NCBI GenBank assembly: GCA_012727435.1
Contig: JAAYHB010000003.1
Location: forward strand, 1,315 to 65,314
Origin: Clostridiales bacterium
GTDB lineage: Bacteria; Bacillota; Clostridia; Oscillospirales; CAG-272
Reading direction: 5' to 3'
Length of the DNA stretch: 64,000 nucleotides
The notes beneath the pieces were generated by a model. That model was not told the DNA's origin, searched no databases, and saw only the letters and a list, made by a program, of their open reading frames with translations. This document shows positions 26,153-34,579 of this stretch, piece after piece; positions within the stretch are counted from its first letter, which is position 1, and each line of letters begins with the position of its first letter. The position numbers and the translations under genes are program-made.

Positions 26153-26872
26153 ATGAAACTCACATTTCTCGGGACAAGCCACGGAGTACCCGAAGCCGAC
26201 AGGTACTGCTCCTGTACGCTGGTCGAAACCGGCGGCCGGAAATATCTGGTCGATGCCGGCGGGCCGGTCATGGATCTCTTGATACGCAGGGGAGTTGACC
26301 CTGCCGATATCGCCGCCATATTCGTCACGCATATGCACGGCGACCACACAAACGGGCTGCCGGCCTTTACCGACCTGATATCCTGGTATTTCAAGGCCGC
26401 CGTACCCTCTATTTACCTGCCCGACCCGCGCGGAATTGACGCTCTGCGGCTCTGGAACACGGTAGTCCACGGGCGGGAGCCCCGCCTCCTCAATTACATT
26501 GCATACGAGGAGGGGATAATCTACAATGACGGCACCCTGCGGGTCAGCGCGATAAAAACCCAACATACCGGCCTGTCATATGCTTTCCTTCTTGAAACCG
26601 GCGAGTGCCGGGTGGTCTTCACCGGCGACCTTGCCGGCCCCGATAAGGATTTCCCCGCGGTCTGCTTTGAGCTAGACTGTGACGCCATTATCTGCGAAGC
26701 CGCGCATTTCACGGTTGAGGCGGCCGCCCCGACATTTGAGAAGTGCCGCACAAAGCGCATATATCTAAACCACATCGCGCCACGCCGCACAGAGGGCATC
26801 AAAGCGCTAACAGATTCGAACCCGCCCTATGAGCTGATTGTCGTCAACGACGGATATGAGGCCGAAATCTGA
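26153..26872 (+). CDS. MBL-fold metallo-hydrolase (RNase Z-like)
   Basis: 239 aa with the motif THMHGDHTNG. RBS is GGAAGG. Confidence 0.8.
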   Translation: MKLTFLGTSHGVPEADRYCSCTLVETGGRKYLVDAGGPVMDLLIRRGVDPADIAAIFVTHMHGDHTNGLPAFTDLISWYFKAAVPSIYLPDPRGIDALRLWNTVVHGREPRLLNYIAYEEGIIYNDGTLRVSAIKTQHTGLSYAFLLETGECRVVFTGDLAGPDKDFPAVCFELDCDAIICEAAHFTVEAAAPTFEKCRTKRIYLNHIAPRRTEGIKALTDSNPPYELIVVNDGYEAEI

Positions 26873-26892
26873 CCTTTTTGCATAGCTTTATT

Positions 26893-26922
26893 GCTTCGTT
26901 TCATGTGAAACGGAGCTTTTTT
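26893..26922 (+). terminator. intrinsic terminator
   Basis: GCTTCGTTTCA-tg-TGAAACGGAGC followed by TTTTTT. This excludes the TTG start at 26924 given in the ORF track. Confidence 0.7.
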
Positions 26923-27040
26923 CTTGCTTTGGCAGGGATATGAATTGACGAAAACCATCGAAAAAGCGTGCATTCTGTCACATATTACTGGTGAAAATCA
27001 TATTATGGTAGCAGGAAAAACCCTCAATATTCAGGAAAGG

Positions 27041-27496
27041 ATGGATATGGGATTTATGAGCAGCTATAACAATGAAAGCTGTGGACTCAGCACCTGCTGC
27101 CTTGGTCTTGTGCTCGGGGTTATCGCCGCCGTCATTTTCGGGATACTCTTCTTCTTCGGCCTTATCCCCGAGGCGTTAGCCGGCATAGCCATAGCGCTGG
27201 AACTGGCGGTTGTTCTGCTGGTCCTCCTGTTTGTCGGAGCATATATCTCCGAGAAAAATCCAAGCTATTTTCTCTCAAGATGCCTGTGCAGACACGCTGC
27301 CTGCCTTCTGGCCGGTATCATCGGCACAATAGTGGCCGGTACAATCGCAATGTCGATTCTGATTGTGCCCGGTCTTGTCAGTTCCGCAATAGCCGTGGCG
27401 CTTGTGGCCTTCTTCTATGCTCTGATGCTGACCGAAACGGTCGGATTTTTACTCTGCTTTGCCTGCAAGGCACACCGCTGCAAGGAAGGCGTCTGA
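27041..27496 (+). CDS. hypothetical Cys-rich integral membrane protein
   Basis: Start at ATG 27041 or 27047, after GGAAAGG. About 4 TM helices, with cysteine clusters CGLSTCC, CLCRHAAC and CFACKAHRC. Confidence 0.55.
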   Translation: MDMGFMSSYNNESCGLSTCCLGLVLGVIAAVIFGILFFFGLIPEALAGIAIALELAVVLLVLLFVGAYISEKNPSYFLSRCLCRHAACLLAGIIGTIVAGTIAMSILIVPGLVSSAIAVALVAFFYALMLTETVGFLLCFACKAHRCKEGV

Positions 27497-27613
27497 CCCC
27501 CCTTACCCCGACCGGGCTTGCAGGAATAGTCCCGTAGGATAAGCAGCATTACCGGTTTTCCCCGGCCCCGCAAAACAGCGGGGCCGGGGTTGACGGACTT
27601 GGACCATATCCCA

Positions 27614-27642
27614 TTGACAACCACCGGAGGTTCTGATATAAT
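27614..27642 (+). promoter_or_regulatory. sigmaA-type promoter for the SDR gene
   Basis: TTGACA (27614..27619), 17-nt spacer, TATAAT (27637..27642). The predicted transcript start coincides with the ORF-track TTG, so the real start codon must lie downstream. Confidence 0.55.
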
Positions 27643-27680
27643 GACGTTTGAGAAAATTTCGACAAAGGGGATACGAATCA

Positions 27681-28487
27681 GTGGAAAAATCATGGCTGAA
27701 TCTTGAGGGAAAATCGATTATCGTCACCGGTGGCGCATCGGGCATCGGATATGCGACCGCTCAGGAATTGCTCTACGACGGCGCTTATGTCACGGTTTGC
27801 GATATAGCACCAAGGGCCCCGGAATTTGACGTTTCGTCCGGTAAATACCTGTATGTTCAAACCGATGTCTCGGACAAAAAAAGCGTTGACAACATGATTG
27901 CCAAAGTACTCGAAACCTTTGGCCGGATAGACGTTTTGGTAAACAATGCAGGAATCAACATCCCGCGCCTGCTCGTCGACGAGGCCGGACAGCAGGAGCT
28001 GACCGAGGAAATCTGGGACAAGGTGATGAACGTCAACGTAAAGGGCGTGTTCTTCTGCTCTCAGGCGGCGGCAAGGGTGATGATAAAGCAGAAGAGCGGC
28101 GTTATCATCAACATGTCTTCCGAGTCGGGGTCCGAGGGCTCCGAGGGGCAGAGCGTGTATGCGGCCTCAAAGGGCGCGGTAAACCTGCTCACCCGCTCAT
28201 GGGCCAAGGAGCTCGGCAAGAAGGGAATCCGCGTGGTCGGAGTTGCCCCCGGCATCATGGAGGCCACCGGGCTGCGCACACTTGAGTATGAATCGGCGCT
28301 GGCATATACAAGGGGTATCACGGTCGAGCAGCTTCGCGCAAATTACGCCAAGACCAGCACCATTCCGCTCAACCGGGCCGGAAAGCTTAGCGAGGTGGCA
28401 AACACCGTCGCCTTCCTTGCCAGCGAGCGCTCGGGCTACATCCACGGAGTCACGATAAATATCTCGGGCGGAAAGTCAAGACCTTAA
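27681..28487 (+). CDS. SDR-family oxidoreductase
   Basis: Motifs TGGASGIG and YAASKGAV (YxxxK). GTG start at 27681 preceded by AAGGGGA; the ORF-track start at 27648 is unlikely. Confidence 0.85.
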   Translation: MEKSWLNLEGKSIIVTGGASGIGYATAQELLYDGAYVTVCDIAPRAPEFDVSSGKYLYVQTDVSDKKSVDNMIAKVLETFGRIDVLVNNAGINIPRLLVDEAGQQELTEEIWDKVMNVNVKGVFFCSQAAARVMIKQKSGVIINMSSESGSEGSEGQSVYAASKGAVNLLTRSWAKELGKKGIRVVGVAPGIMEATGLRTLEYESALAYTRGITVEQLRANYAKTSTIPLNRAGKLSEVANTVAFLASERSGYIHGVTINISGGKSRP

Positions 28488-28531
28488 TGCACATACCGCA
28501 GGGGAGCTTCGCAAATGAAGCTCCCCGTTAT

Positions 28532-29197
28532 TCATATCAGCAGCCGAAATCGGTTTTTTTCAAAGGTCAGCAGCCCTTCGTCGCGCATGCGGCTAAGCTC
28601 GCTGGTCATGGCGCTCCTGTCGACCGAGAGATAGTCGGCAAGCTGCTGACGGTTATACGGGATTTCAAACGATGCGCTCCCCTGCCGCCTTGATTCGCTT
28701 GAAAGATAAGACAGAAGCTTCTCCCTTGTGGTCCGCTTGGTCAGATGCGTGAGCTTTTCGTCCATCATAAGGTTCTTCCGGGCCATCACCGAGAGCAGAT
28801 TGCGGACAAGCTTGACATGAAAGGCGCAGGAATTCGGACAGGTGGTTATGAGCCGCCTCACCTCAAGGAAGAGAATCCTCGAATCCTCGGCGGGCACCAC
28901 GCTTATCTCAAGCTCTGTACCCTGAGTGCAGGCGTAGCCCTCGGCAAATACGTCGCCGGGCAGCGCTTCGGTTATTATGTTGCGGTTTCCCCAGAAATCC
29001 TCTTTGAGTATATGTACGCGGCCCGAGATAACCATACCTATCGAGTTTGTCGAGTCGCCGGAATGCAGGATTATTTGGTTTTTCTTATAGTCCCGCCCCG
29101 CAGCGCTCAGACAGCCGAGCAAGTGGTCAACCTCGTTGTCCTCCATACCCAAAAAGAGCTGCGATTTTTTTATTACCGCGATGTCTTTGCTGGTCAT
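28532..29197 (-). CDS. Crp/Fnr-family transcriptional regulator
   Basis: 221 aa: an N-terminal cNMP-binding-like beta-barrel followed by a C-terminal HTH (NRQQLADYLSVDRSAMTSELSRMRDEG). Confidence 0.85.
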   Translation of the reverse strand: MTSKDIAVIKKSQLFLGMEDNEVDHLLGCLSAAGRDYKKNQIILHSGDSTNSIGMVISGRVHILKEDFWGNRNIITEALPGDVFAEGYACTQGTELEISVVPAEDSRILFLEVRRLITTCPNSCAFHVKLVRNLLSVMARKNLMMDEKLTHLTKRTTREKLLSYLSSESRRQGSASFEIPYNRQQLADYLSVDRSAMTSELSRMRDEGLLTFEKNRFRLLI

Positions 29198-29211
29198 GAA
29201 AAATCTCCTAT

Positions 29212-29227
29212 TGTTGTTATAACAACA
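29212..29227. promoter_or_regulatory. candidate Crp/Fnr-family operator
   Basis: Perfect 16-bp palindrome TGTTGTTATAACAACA. Its centre is about 41.5 bp upstream of the start site implied by TATAAT at 29249..29254. Confidence 0.45.
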
Positions 29228-29297
29228 GATTTGTTATATTTATTATATTATAATATAGCCGAAAAGTCAACAGTCCTAAAGAAGGAGAATACAAAAT

Positions 29298-30002
29298 ATG
29301 AAAAGAAAGATAATTCAGATCGACGAGGAGAAGTGCAACGGCTGCGGCGCCTGTGTTACGGCCTGCCACGAGGGGGCAATCGGCCTTGTGAACGGCAAAG
29401 CCAGACTGCTCCGCGACGATTACTGCGACGGGCTGGGCAACTGTCTGCCGGCCTGCCCGACCGGCGCTATCAGCTTCGTCGAGCGCGAGGCGGCGCCCTT
29501 CAACGAGGCCGCCGTGCTTGCAAACAAGCAGAGCAAAAAGGCAGACAATCCCCTGCCCTGCGGCTGTCCCGGAACTCGGTCAAGTCAGATAATCAGAAAT
29601 CAGCCCGACAAAGAGCCGCGCGGGGCGGCGCCCGGCCCCAGCATGCTGGCACAATGGCCGGTGCAGATAAAACTGGTGCCTGTCAACGCCCCGTATTTTG
29701 ACGGCGCGAACCTGCTCATCGCTGCCGACTGCGCAGCCTATGCCCGCGCGAGCTTTCACTCCGACTTCATGAACAACAAAATAACCATAATCGGCTGCCC
29801 GAAGCTCGATATGGTGGATTACTCCGAAAAGCTGACCGAGATTCTTAAATACAACAACATAAAAAGCCTTACCGTCGTGCGGATGGAAGTGCCCTGCTGC
29901 GGCGGTATCGAGGAGGCCGCAAAAGCCGCTCTTCGCCGAAGCGGTAAGTTCATTCCCTGGCAGGTGGTCACCCTCTCGACCGAAGGCGAAATTCTTGATT
30001 AA
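29298..30002 (+). CDS. 4Fe-4S dicluster ferredoxin-domain protein (FrdX-like)
   Basis: Cluster motifs CNGCGACVTAC and CDGLGNCLPACP, plus further Cys pairs in the C-terminal half. Strong AAGGAG RBS. Confidence 0.8.
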   Translation: MKRKIIQIDEEKCNGCGACVTACHEGAIGLVNGKARLLRDDYCDGLGNCLPACPTGAISFVEREAAPFNEAAVLANKQSKKADNPLPCGCPGTRSSQIIRNQPDKEPRGAAPGPSMLAQWPVQIKLVPVNAPYFDGANLLIAADCAAYARASFHSDFMNNKITIIGCPKLDMVDYSEKLTEILKYNNIKSLTVVRMEVPCCGGIEEAAKAALRRSGKFIPWQVVTLSTEGEILD

Positions 30003-30007
30003 AATTT

Positions 30008-30079
30008 TGTGGGGCTCTGCCCCACACCCCGCTCAAGGAACTTTTTTGAAAAAAAGTTCCTTGAGAATCTTCAAAAAAC
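30008..30079 (+). repeat. bipartite double-hairpin intergenic repeat, copy 5
   Basis: TGTGGGGCTCTGCCCCAC, ACCCCGCT, CAAGGAACTTTTTTGAAAAAAAGTTCCTTG, AGAATCTTCAAAAAAC. Confidence 0.85.
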
Positions 30080-30150
30080 TTCCTCAAAACTAAAAAAGGC
30101 TTTGTTTGCCCGGCAAAAAGCGCAGCGCCCGTCGCTGCGCTTTTTCGGAT

Positions 30151-31362
30151 TTACTGCACATTCAGAAGTCCGGCTTCTTTTTGAAATGATTTTTGTAGTA
30201 TTATCGGAGCTATCAGGCTGGTAACAATAATCAGGAGCACGATAAAAGGCATAATCGAGGCGTCGACAAGCCCGTATTCCACGCCCTTCTGAGCCGTGAC
30301 AAGCGCCACCTCCGCGCGCACCATCATGGCCACACCGACCCGAAAGGAATCCCTGAGGCTGTACCCGCAGCAAGCCGCCGTCACCCCGCATCCTACAAGC
30401 TTGCCGAGCAGGCCGGCCACGACAAAGAGCAGGCCAAACACAATCATTCGGGTATCAAACCCGTCCGGTTTCAAGGAAATCCCGATGTTGGCGAAGAATA
30501 CCGGAACAAAAATCATATATTCCAGAATATCCGCCTTGCGGTTGATATATTCCTTCTCGTGATTGATTGACAGGGTGAGCCCGACGATGTATGCGCCGAT
30601 TATGTCGGCAACCCCGAACCACTTCTCGCTCGCGTAGGCGACAAGAAAACAGAGGGCGATGCCGAAAATAGGAATCAGGCGGTGGTGCGGATACTTTTTG
30701 TCAAGAAATCTGAACAGTTTGTCGGCAAAGAACGCGATAACCGCGATCACAACAAAATATACCAGCACTTGCAGTATTACGGTCAGAGGGGAAGCGGCCG
30801 CGTTGTCGCTGAGCGCCAGAACAAGAGAGAGTACAATAATGCCGAGTATATCATCGATAATTGCTGCGGCAACAACAGTTGCGCCTACCTTCGTGTCAAG
30901 TTTGCCGGCCTCGCGCAACGTGGCGACGCTGACACTGACCGATGTGGCCGTGAGAATTGTACCGTAAAACAGGTTTTTAATTATATTCCCGGTCGAGAGC
31001 GCGCCAAAGCCGCCGTTGCAGAGCGTGGCGACAAGAAATCCTAAGGCCAGCGGCACCACAATGCCGGCAATTGTAATTAGCACAACCCGGCCGCCGATGC
31101 GCTTGATTTTGTAAAGGTCTGTTTCAAGTCCGGCCGAAAACAAAAGCAGCACTACTCCGACCTTGGCGAAAATACTGATGCCTTCGCGGCCAAGCGGAGT
31201 CAGCAGCGTCTGATCCGGCACATAATTTATAAGCCCTATCAGAATGCCGGTCAAAAGCATTCCGACGACACCCGGTATCCTTATCCTCCCGCACAGCTTC
31301 ATTAAGATTTTTGATATTATCATGATCAGCGCCAGCGGCAGCAGGATCGAATACAGTTCCAT
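30151..31362 (-). CDS. cation:proton antiporter (CPA2/Kef-NapA type)
   Basis: 403-aa polytopic membrane protein with a Na+/H+ exchanger-like composition. RBS is GAGGTG. Confidence 0.8.
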   Translation of the reverse strand: MELYSILLPLALIMIISKILMKLCGRIRIPGVVGMLLTGILIGLINYVPDQTLLTPLGREGISIFAKVGVVLLLFSAGLETDLYKIKRIGGRVVLITIAGIVVPLALGFLVATLCNGGFGALSTGNIIKNLFYGTILTATSVSVSVATLREAGKLDTKVGATVVAAAIIDDILGIIVLSLVLALSDNAAASPLTVILQVLVYFVVIAVIAFFADKLFRFLDKKYPHHRLIPIFGIALCFLVAYASEKWFGVADIIGAYIVGLTLSINHEKEYINRKADILEYMIFVPVFFANIGISLKPDGFDTRMIVFGLLFVVAGLLGKLVGCGVTAACCGYSLRDSFRVGVAMMVRAEVALVTAQKGVEYGLVDASIMPFIVLLIIVTSLIAPIILQKSFQKEAGLLNVQ

Positions 31363-31516
31363 TGGAAAATCACCTCAACATTGAAGCCGGTTGTATGCCG
31401 GCTGAATGCATTGCAGTATTATATCAGTATGAATGTAAAATATCAATAATCCGTTTTTTTAATTTTTTTATTAATGAACTAAAAAAATATGTTAATAAGC
31501 AAAGGCGGTTTGCTAC

Positions 31517-31545
31517 AAAAAAGCCCGCCCCGGCACGGGGCGGGC
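31517..31545 (-). terminator. intrinsic terminator of the TM2 gene
   Basis: Minus strand GCCCGCCCC-gtgcc-GGGGCGGGC followed by TTTTTT. Confidence 0.75.
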
Positions 31546-31550
31546 TGTAT

Positions 31551-31760
31551 TCACCATCTCTTTAAGTATTTTCCCTCTTTATCCTTGAAGTATCCGCATA
31601 GTATAACAATAAGGTCAATCAGCGCACCGAATCCCAAAAGCCCTCCGGTCAGCAGCCAGAGTATTCCGGTCCCTATTTTTCCCACATAAAACCTGTGTAT
31701 TCCGAGGTATCCGAGGAAAAAGCAGAGCAATGCAGCCAGAAGTCTTGACTTGTCAGACAT
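31551..31760 (-). CDS. TM2 domain-containing protein
   Basis: 69 aa. LGYLGIHRFYVGKIGTGILWLLTGG is the TM2 signature. RBS is GGAGGAAAG. Confidence 0.85.
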   Translation of the reverse strand: MSDKSRLLAALLCFFLGYLGIHRFYVGKIGTGILWLLTGGLLGFGALIDLIVILCGYFKDKEGKYLKRW

Positions 31761-31916
31761 TTTATTCTTTCCTCCTTAATTTTTGTCACCATAATTAATA
31801 CTACTGCATGCACCGGACTTTGTCAACAATTTTCGGATACAATCCCACAGATACTTAATGTTTAACATGGACATACTATTGAAAAAGGCCAGAGGGCCGG
31901 AAAGGAAGCAAAACGA

Positions 31917-32111
31917 ATGGGAAAGGACTTTAAATCAATAAATTTCATCCCGCCGGACACAGACAAAAAGCCCCCGGAAAATGACCCCGGGAAGAACAAG
32001 AAAAGCGCGACAAACAACCAATGGGCATCAACCGGGCTCAGGTATGAAAGCGATAACCGCGAGCGCCGGGACGGCCCGGGCGGGGAAGACAACTCCAACG
32101 GTGAAGGTTAA
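31917..32111 (+). CDS. possible small hydrophilic protein (64 aa)
   Basis: ATG preceded by AAGGAAG at 8 nt. The product is low complexity, rich in Lys/Asp/Asn/Gly. No family recognised. Confidence 0.3.
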   Translation: MGKDFKSINFIPPDTDKKPPENDPGKNKKSATNNQWASTGLRYESDNRERRDGPGGEDNSNGEG

Positions 32112-32191
32112 CGCTTAAATTAGGGGCTGCTGCAATTGTTTGCGCAGCCCCGTTCTTGCATGCCCGCATCCCCTGATGTCCATATGCGCAC

Positions 32192-32232
32192 CTTTATTGT
32201 TATAAAGCGGGAGTGTGGGGGCAGAGCCCCCA
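32192..32232 (-). repeat. bipartite repeat, copy 6 (inverted, degenerate)
   Basis: CTTTATTGTTATAAAG, CGGGAGTG, TGGGGGCAGAGCCCCCA. The GC hairpin and spacer are conserved, the second hairpin is shortened and the flank is missing. Confidence 0.6.
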
Positions 32233-32240
32233 AAAGCATA

Positions 32241-33086
32241 TTATACATTCCCCACGATAACCGTCTCAAGGTATTCTTTTGCCACCGCTACAAGGCGGTA
32301 GAGAAGCGAAATATCGGTCGGGGTGCTGCCGGCCATTTTGCGGCGGGGGAAGAAACGCGTGATATGCAGGGGTATTTTGCGGTCGACCGATGCCACCCAT
32401 TCAGAGAGCTCCCGCATCTCGTCGGGCGAATCGTTTCCGCCGGGGACAATCAGGGTAGTCAGCTCGACATGAGAACATTTTGCGGCAGTCCTGATGAAAT
32501 CAAGCACGATATCAAGATCCCCGCCGAGCTTTTTATACCATTCGCGGGTGAACCCCTTTAGGTCGATATTGAAGGCGTCGATATAGGGCAGTATCTGCTC
32601 AAGATGCGGCAGGGTGATTGAACCGTTTGTGACCACCACGTTTTTCATGCCCCGCCGCCGCACCTCAGCCGCCGTATCCCGCACATATTCCCAGCCCACA
32701 AGCGGCTCGTTGTAGGTGTAGGCAACTCCGATATTCCGGTATTTGCGCTGTGACTCGGCAAGCGAGGCGAGCAGGTCGGGCGGGTAATATTCCCACTGTA
32801 CCGACTGCTCGTCGGCGCAGGAAATCTGGTGGTTCTGGCAGAACGGGCAGTCGAGATTGCACCCGAAGCTGCCCACAGATAAAATATATGTGCCGGGGCA
32901 AAACCTTGCGAGCGGCTTTTTTTCTATCGGGTCAAAAGCCATTGAGGTAATTTTGCCGTAATTGATACAGACGCTCGCCCCGCCCTCGTTTCTGCGCGCG
33001 CGGCAGAACCCGATCTGCCCCTCGCGCAGGCGGCAGTGCCTGAAGCACACCTGACAGGTGACGGTACCCTTGCTCTCGTCAGACAT
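32241..33086 (-). CDS. AmmeMemoRadiSam system radical SAM enzyme
   Basis: CNLDCPFCQN radical-SAM cluster motif. Start trimmed to MSDESKG (ATG 33086), which overlaps the upstream stop by 8 nt. Confidence 0.85.
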   Translation of the reverse strand: MSDESKGTVTCQVCFRHCRLREGQIGFCRARRNEGGASVCINYGKITSMAFDPIEKKPLARFCPGTYILSVGSFGCNLDCPFCQNHQISCADEQSVQWEYYPPDLLASLAESQRKYRNIGVAYTYNEPLVGWEYVRDTAAEVRRRGMKNVVVTNGSITLPHLEQILPYIDAFNIDLKGFTREWYKKLGGDLDIVLDFIRTAAKCSHVELTTLIVPGGNDSPDEMRELSEWVASVDRKIPLHITRFFPRRKMAGSTPTDISLLYRLVAVAKEYLETVIVGNV

Positions 33087-34461
33087 GCCGCACAACCTCA
33101 AAGCGCTGCAGCCTGATTTTATCCCGCTCGCCGGGATATATCCCGGCCTTTTTCATTGCAATCGATATCTGCTCCTCGACCGTGTCCACTCCCTCAAGGT
33201 CGGGGAGAAGCAGCCCGCGGCGGTAGCCGCAGGAGACAATTACGCCGTAGCGCTTGACGTCAAGCTCGTAGGGGGAGGATATATCCTCGGGTTTGCCGAG
33301 CACGTCGACGCTGTATTCGAGCAGCGGGAGCTCGTCCTCGCGGACCGGCATAAAGCGGGGGTCACGCGAACAGGAACTGACGCCGTTCTGAATAATTTCG
33401 TGGGCGATGCTCGGGGTTGTAGGCTCCGTCGTGCCGATACAACCGCGCAGCCGGCCATAGAGGTGCAGGGTCACAAACACGCCGGCCCGGTTTTTTGTCA
33501 TCTCCCCGGGCAGGTTGGCCGGGGGTGATATCTTCTTGCCGGTCTTCACATATGTTTCGACGGTCAGGCGCGCCAAGCGCACATACGGATCCTCCTCGTC
33601 GGCGGCAGGCCTTTGAGGCCGCAGCGCGTCGAGATAGCGGCGCCCGGGGTCTGGGTCGCCAGGCTCAAATATGCAGACACCATATCCCACGCCGAAGGGC
33701 CCCTCGTATGACAGTCTTCGGGCTCTAACCGCAACCCCGTCAAAGCAGCCGGCCATCATTGTAAATGAGCGGTGGCCGCACTCACCGGCGGCACTGCAGA
33801 AAGATTCGTTCATTTTAAGCAGGCTGCCGAAATCGCCCTTGCCCATAATGTCCATTATCTGCCTGTCATACTGCGGGCCTTCCTTTCGGTATCCGTACGG
33901 CCCGCTGCGGGTGAGATAATGCGAGAGGTCGCCGCTGGCGACAACCGAGACCCGGCGGCCGAGCGTCTCCGCAACCTCCTTGATTATCATTCCGAGCCGG
34001 TAATGCTCGGCAAGCGAGAGACCCGAAAGGCCGATCCGCACGACCGGCGGGAGCTTTGCGCCGCCGTAGGCATTTCCGAGGAAATAAAGCGGCACCAGCG
34101 CCCCGTGGTCAATCTCAGGGCTCCGCTCACCCTCTGTGCCGGCCGGAAAACTGTTGCCGCGGGCAAGGTCGGCAAGCTCGCGGACAAACTCCTCGTCGTA
34201 GTCAACCGATATAGAGGTGGCATCGCCAAAGGCCGCAAAGCTGCCCCGGCCGCCGGCCCCCGGCGAAATGTGAAACCAGTCGGCGTAAATTACGCTGTGC
34301 GGCGAAATAATGACAATGGTGTCGGGACGGGACTCGGCGACAAACCCGGCGGCCTCATAATATGCATCTGTGGTCGCCTGAATTTTCTTCTCCTCCCCGC
34401 GCCCGACGCCGGGTATTATTATCGGCGGATGAGGAGCCATGACTGCATTGATAATGCCCAT
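33079..34461 (-). CDS. fusion: class III extradiol dioxygenase/Memo-like domain plus AMMECR1 domain (AmmeMemoRadiSam components B+A)
   Basis: The N-terminus MGIINAVMAPHPPIIIPGVG..IISPHS is LigB/Memo-like. The C-terminus GVFVTLH..LRGCIGT is the AMMECR1 signature. RBS is GAGGTG. Confidence 0.8.
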   Translation of the reverse strand: MGIINAVMAPHPPIIIPGVGRGEEKKIQATTDAYYEAAGFVAESRPDTIVIISPHSVIYADWFHISPGAGGRGSFAAFGDATSISVDYDEEFVRELADLARGNSFPAGTEGERSPEIDHGALVPLYFLGNAYGGAKLPPVVRIGLSGLSLAEHYRLGMIIKEVAETLGRRVSVVASGDLSHYLTRSGPYGYRKEGPQYDRQIMDIMGKGDFGSLLKMNESFCSAAGECGHRSFTMMAGCFDGVAVRARRLSYEGPFGVGYGVCIFEPGDPDPGRRYLDALRPQRPAADEEDPYVRLARLTVETYVKTGKKISPPANLPGEMTKNRAGVFVTLHLYGRLRGCIGTTEPTTPSIAHEIIQNGVSSCSRDPRFMPVREDELPLLEYSVDVLGKPEDISSPYELDVKRYGVIVSCGYRRGLLLPDLEGVDTVEEQISIAMKKAGIYPGERDKIRLQRFEVVRHV

Positions 34462-34476
34462 CTACAATCACCTCTT

Positions 34477-34547
34477 TGTGGGGGCGCTGCCTCCAAACCC
34501 CCGCTTAAGACCCTTCTTAAAATGGGTCTTAAGAATACCCAAAAAAC
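34477..34547 (+). repeat. bipartite double-hairpin intergenic repeat, copy 7
   Basis: TGTGGGGGCGCTGCCTCCA, AACCCCCGCT, TAAGACCCTTCTTAAAATGGGTCTTA, AGAATACCCAAAAAAC. Confidence 0.8.
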
Positions 34548-34579
34548 TTATATGCCTGCTGTTACAATAGGTTTGGCAG

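Noticed and set aside
28745-29701. 318-aa plus-strand ORF spanning the Crp/Fnr gene (antisense), the divergent promoter region and the start of the ferredoxin-like gene.
   Set aside because: It overlaps two genes that have strong family motifs and crosses their promoter region. It has no RBS and an Arg-rich nonsense-like tail.
9559-34547. I considered whether the recurring ~70-bp elements form a CRISPR array or the terminal repeats of a MITE or transposon.
   Set aside because: The copies are kilobases apart with genes in between, occur in both orientations and are not regularly spaced. No cas genes, transposase or target-site duplications are visible. A dispersed REP-like family is the better description.
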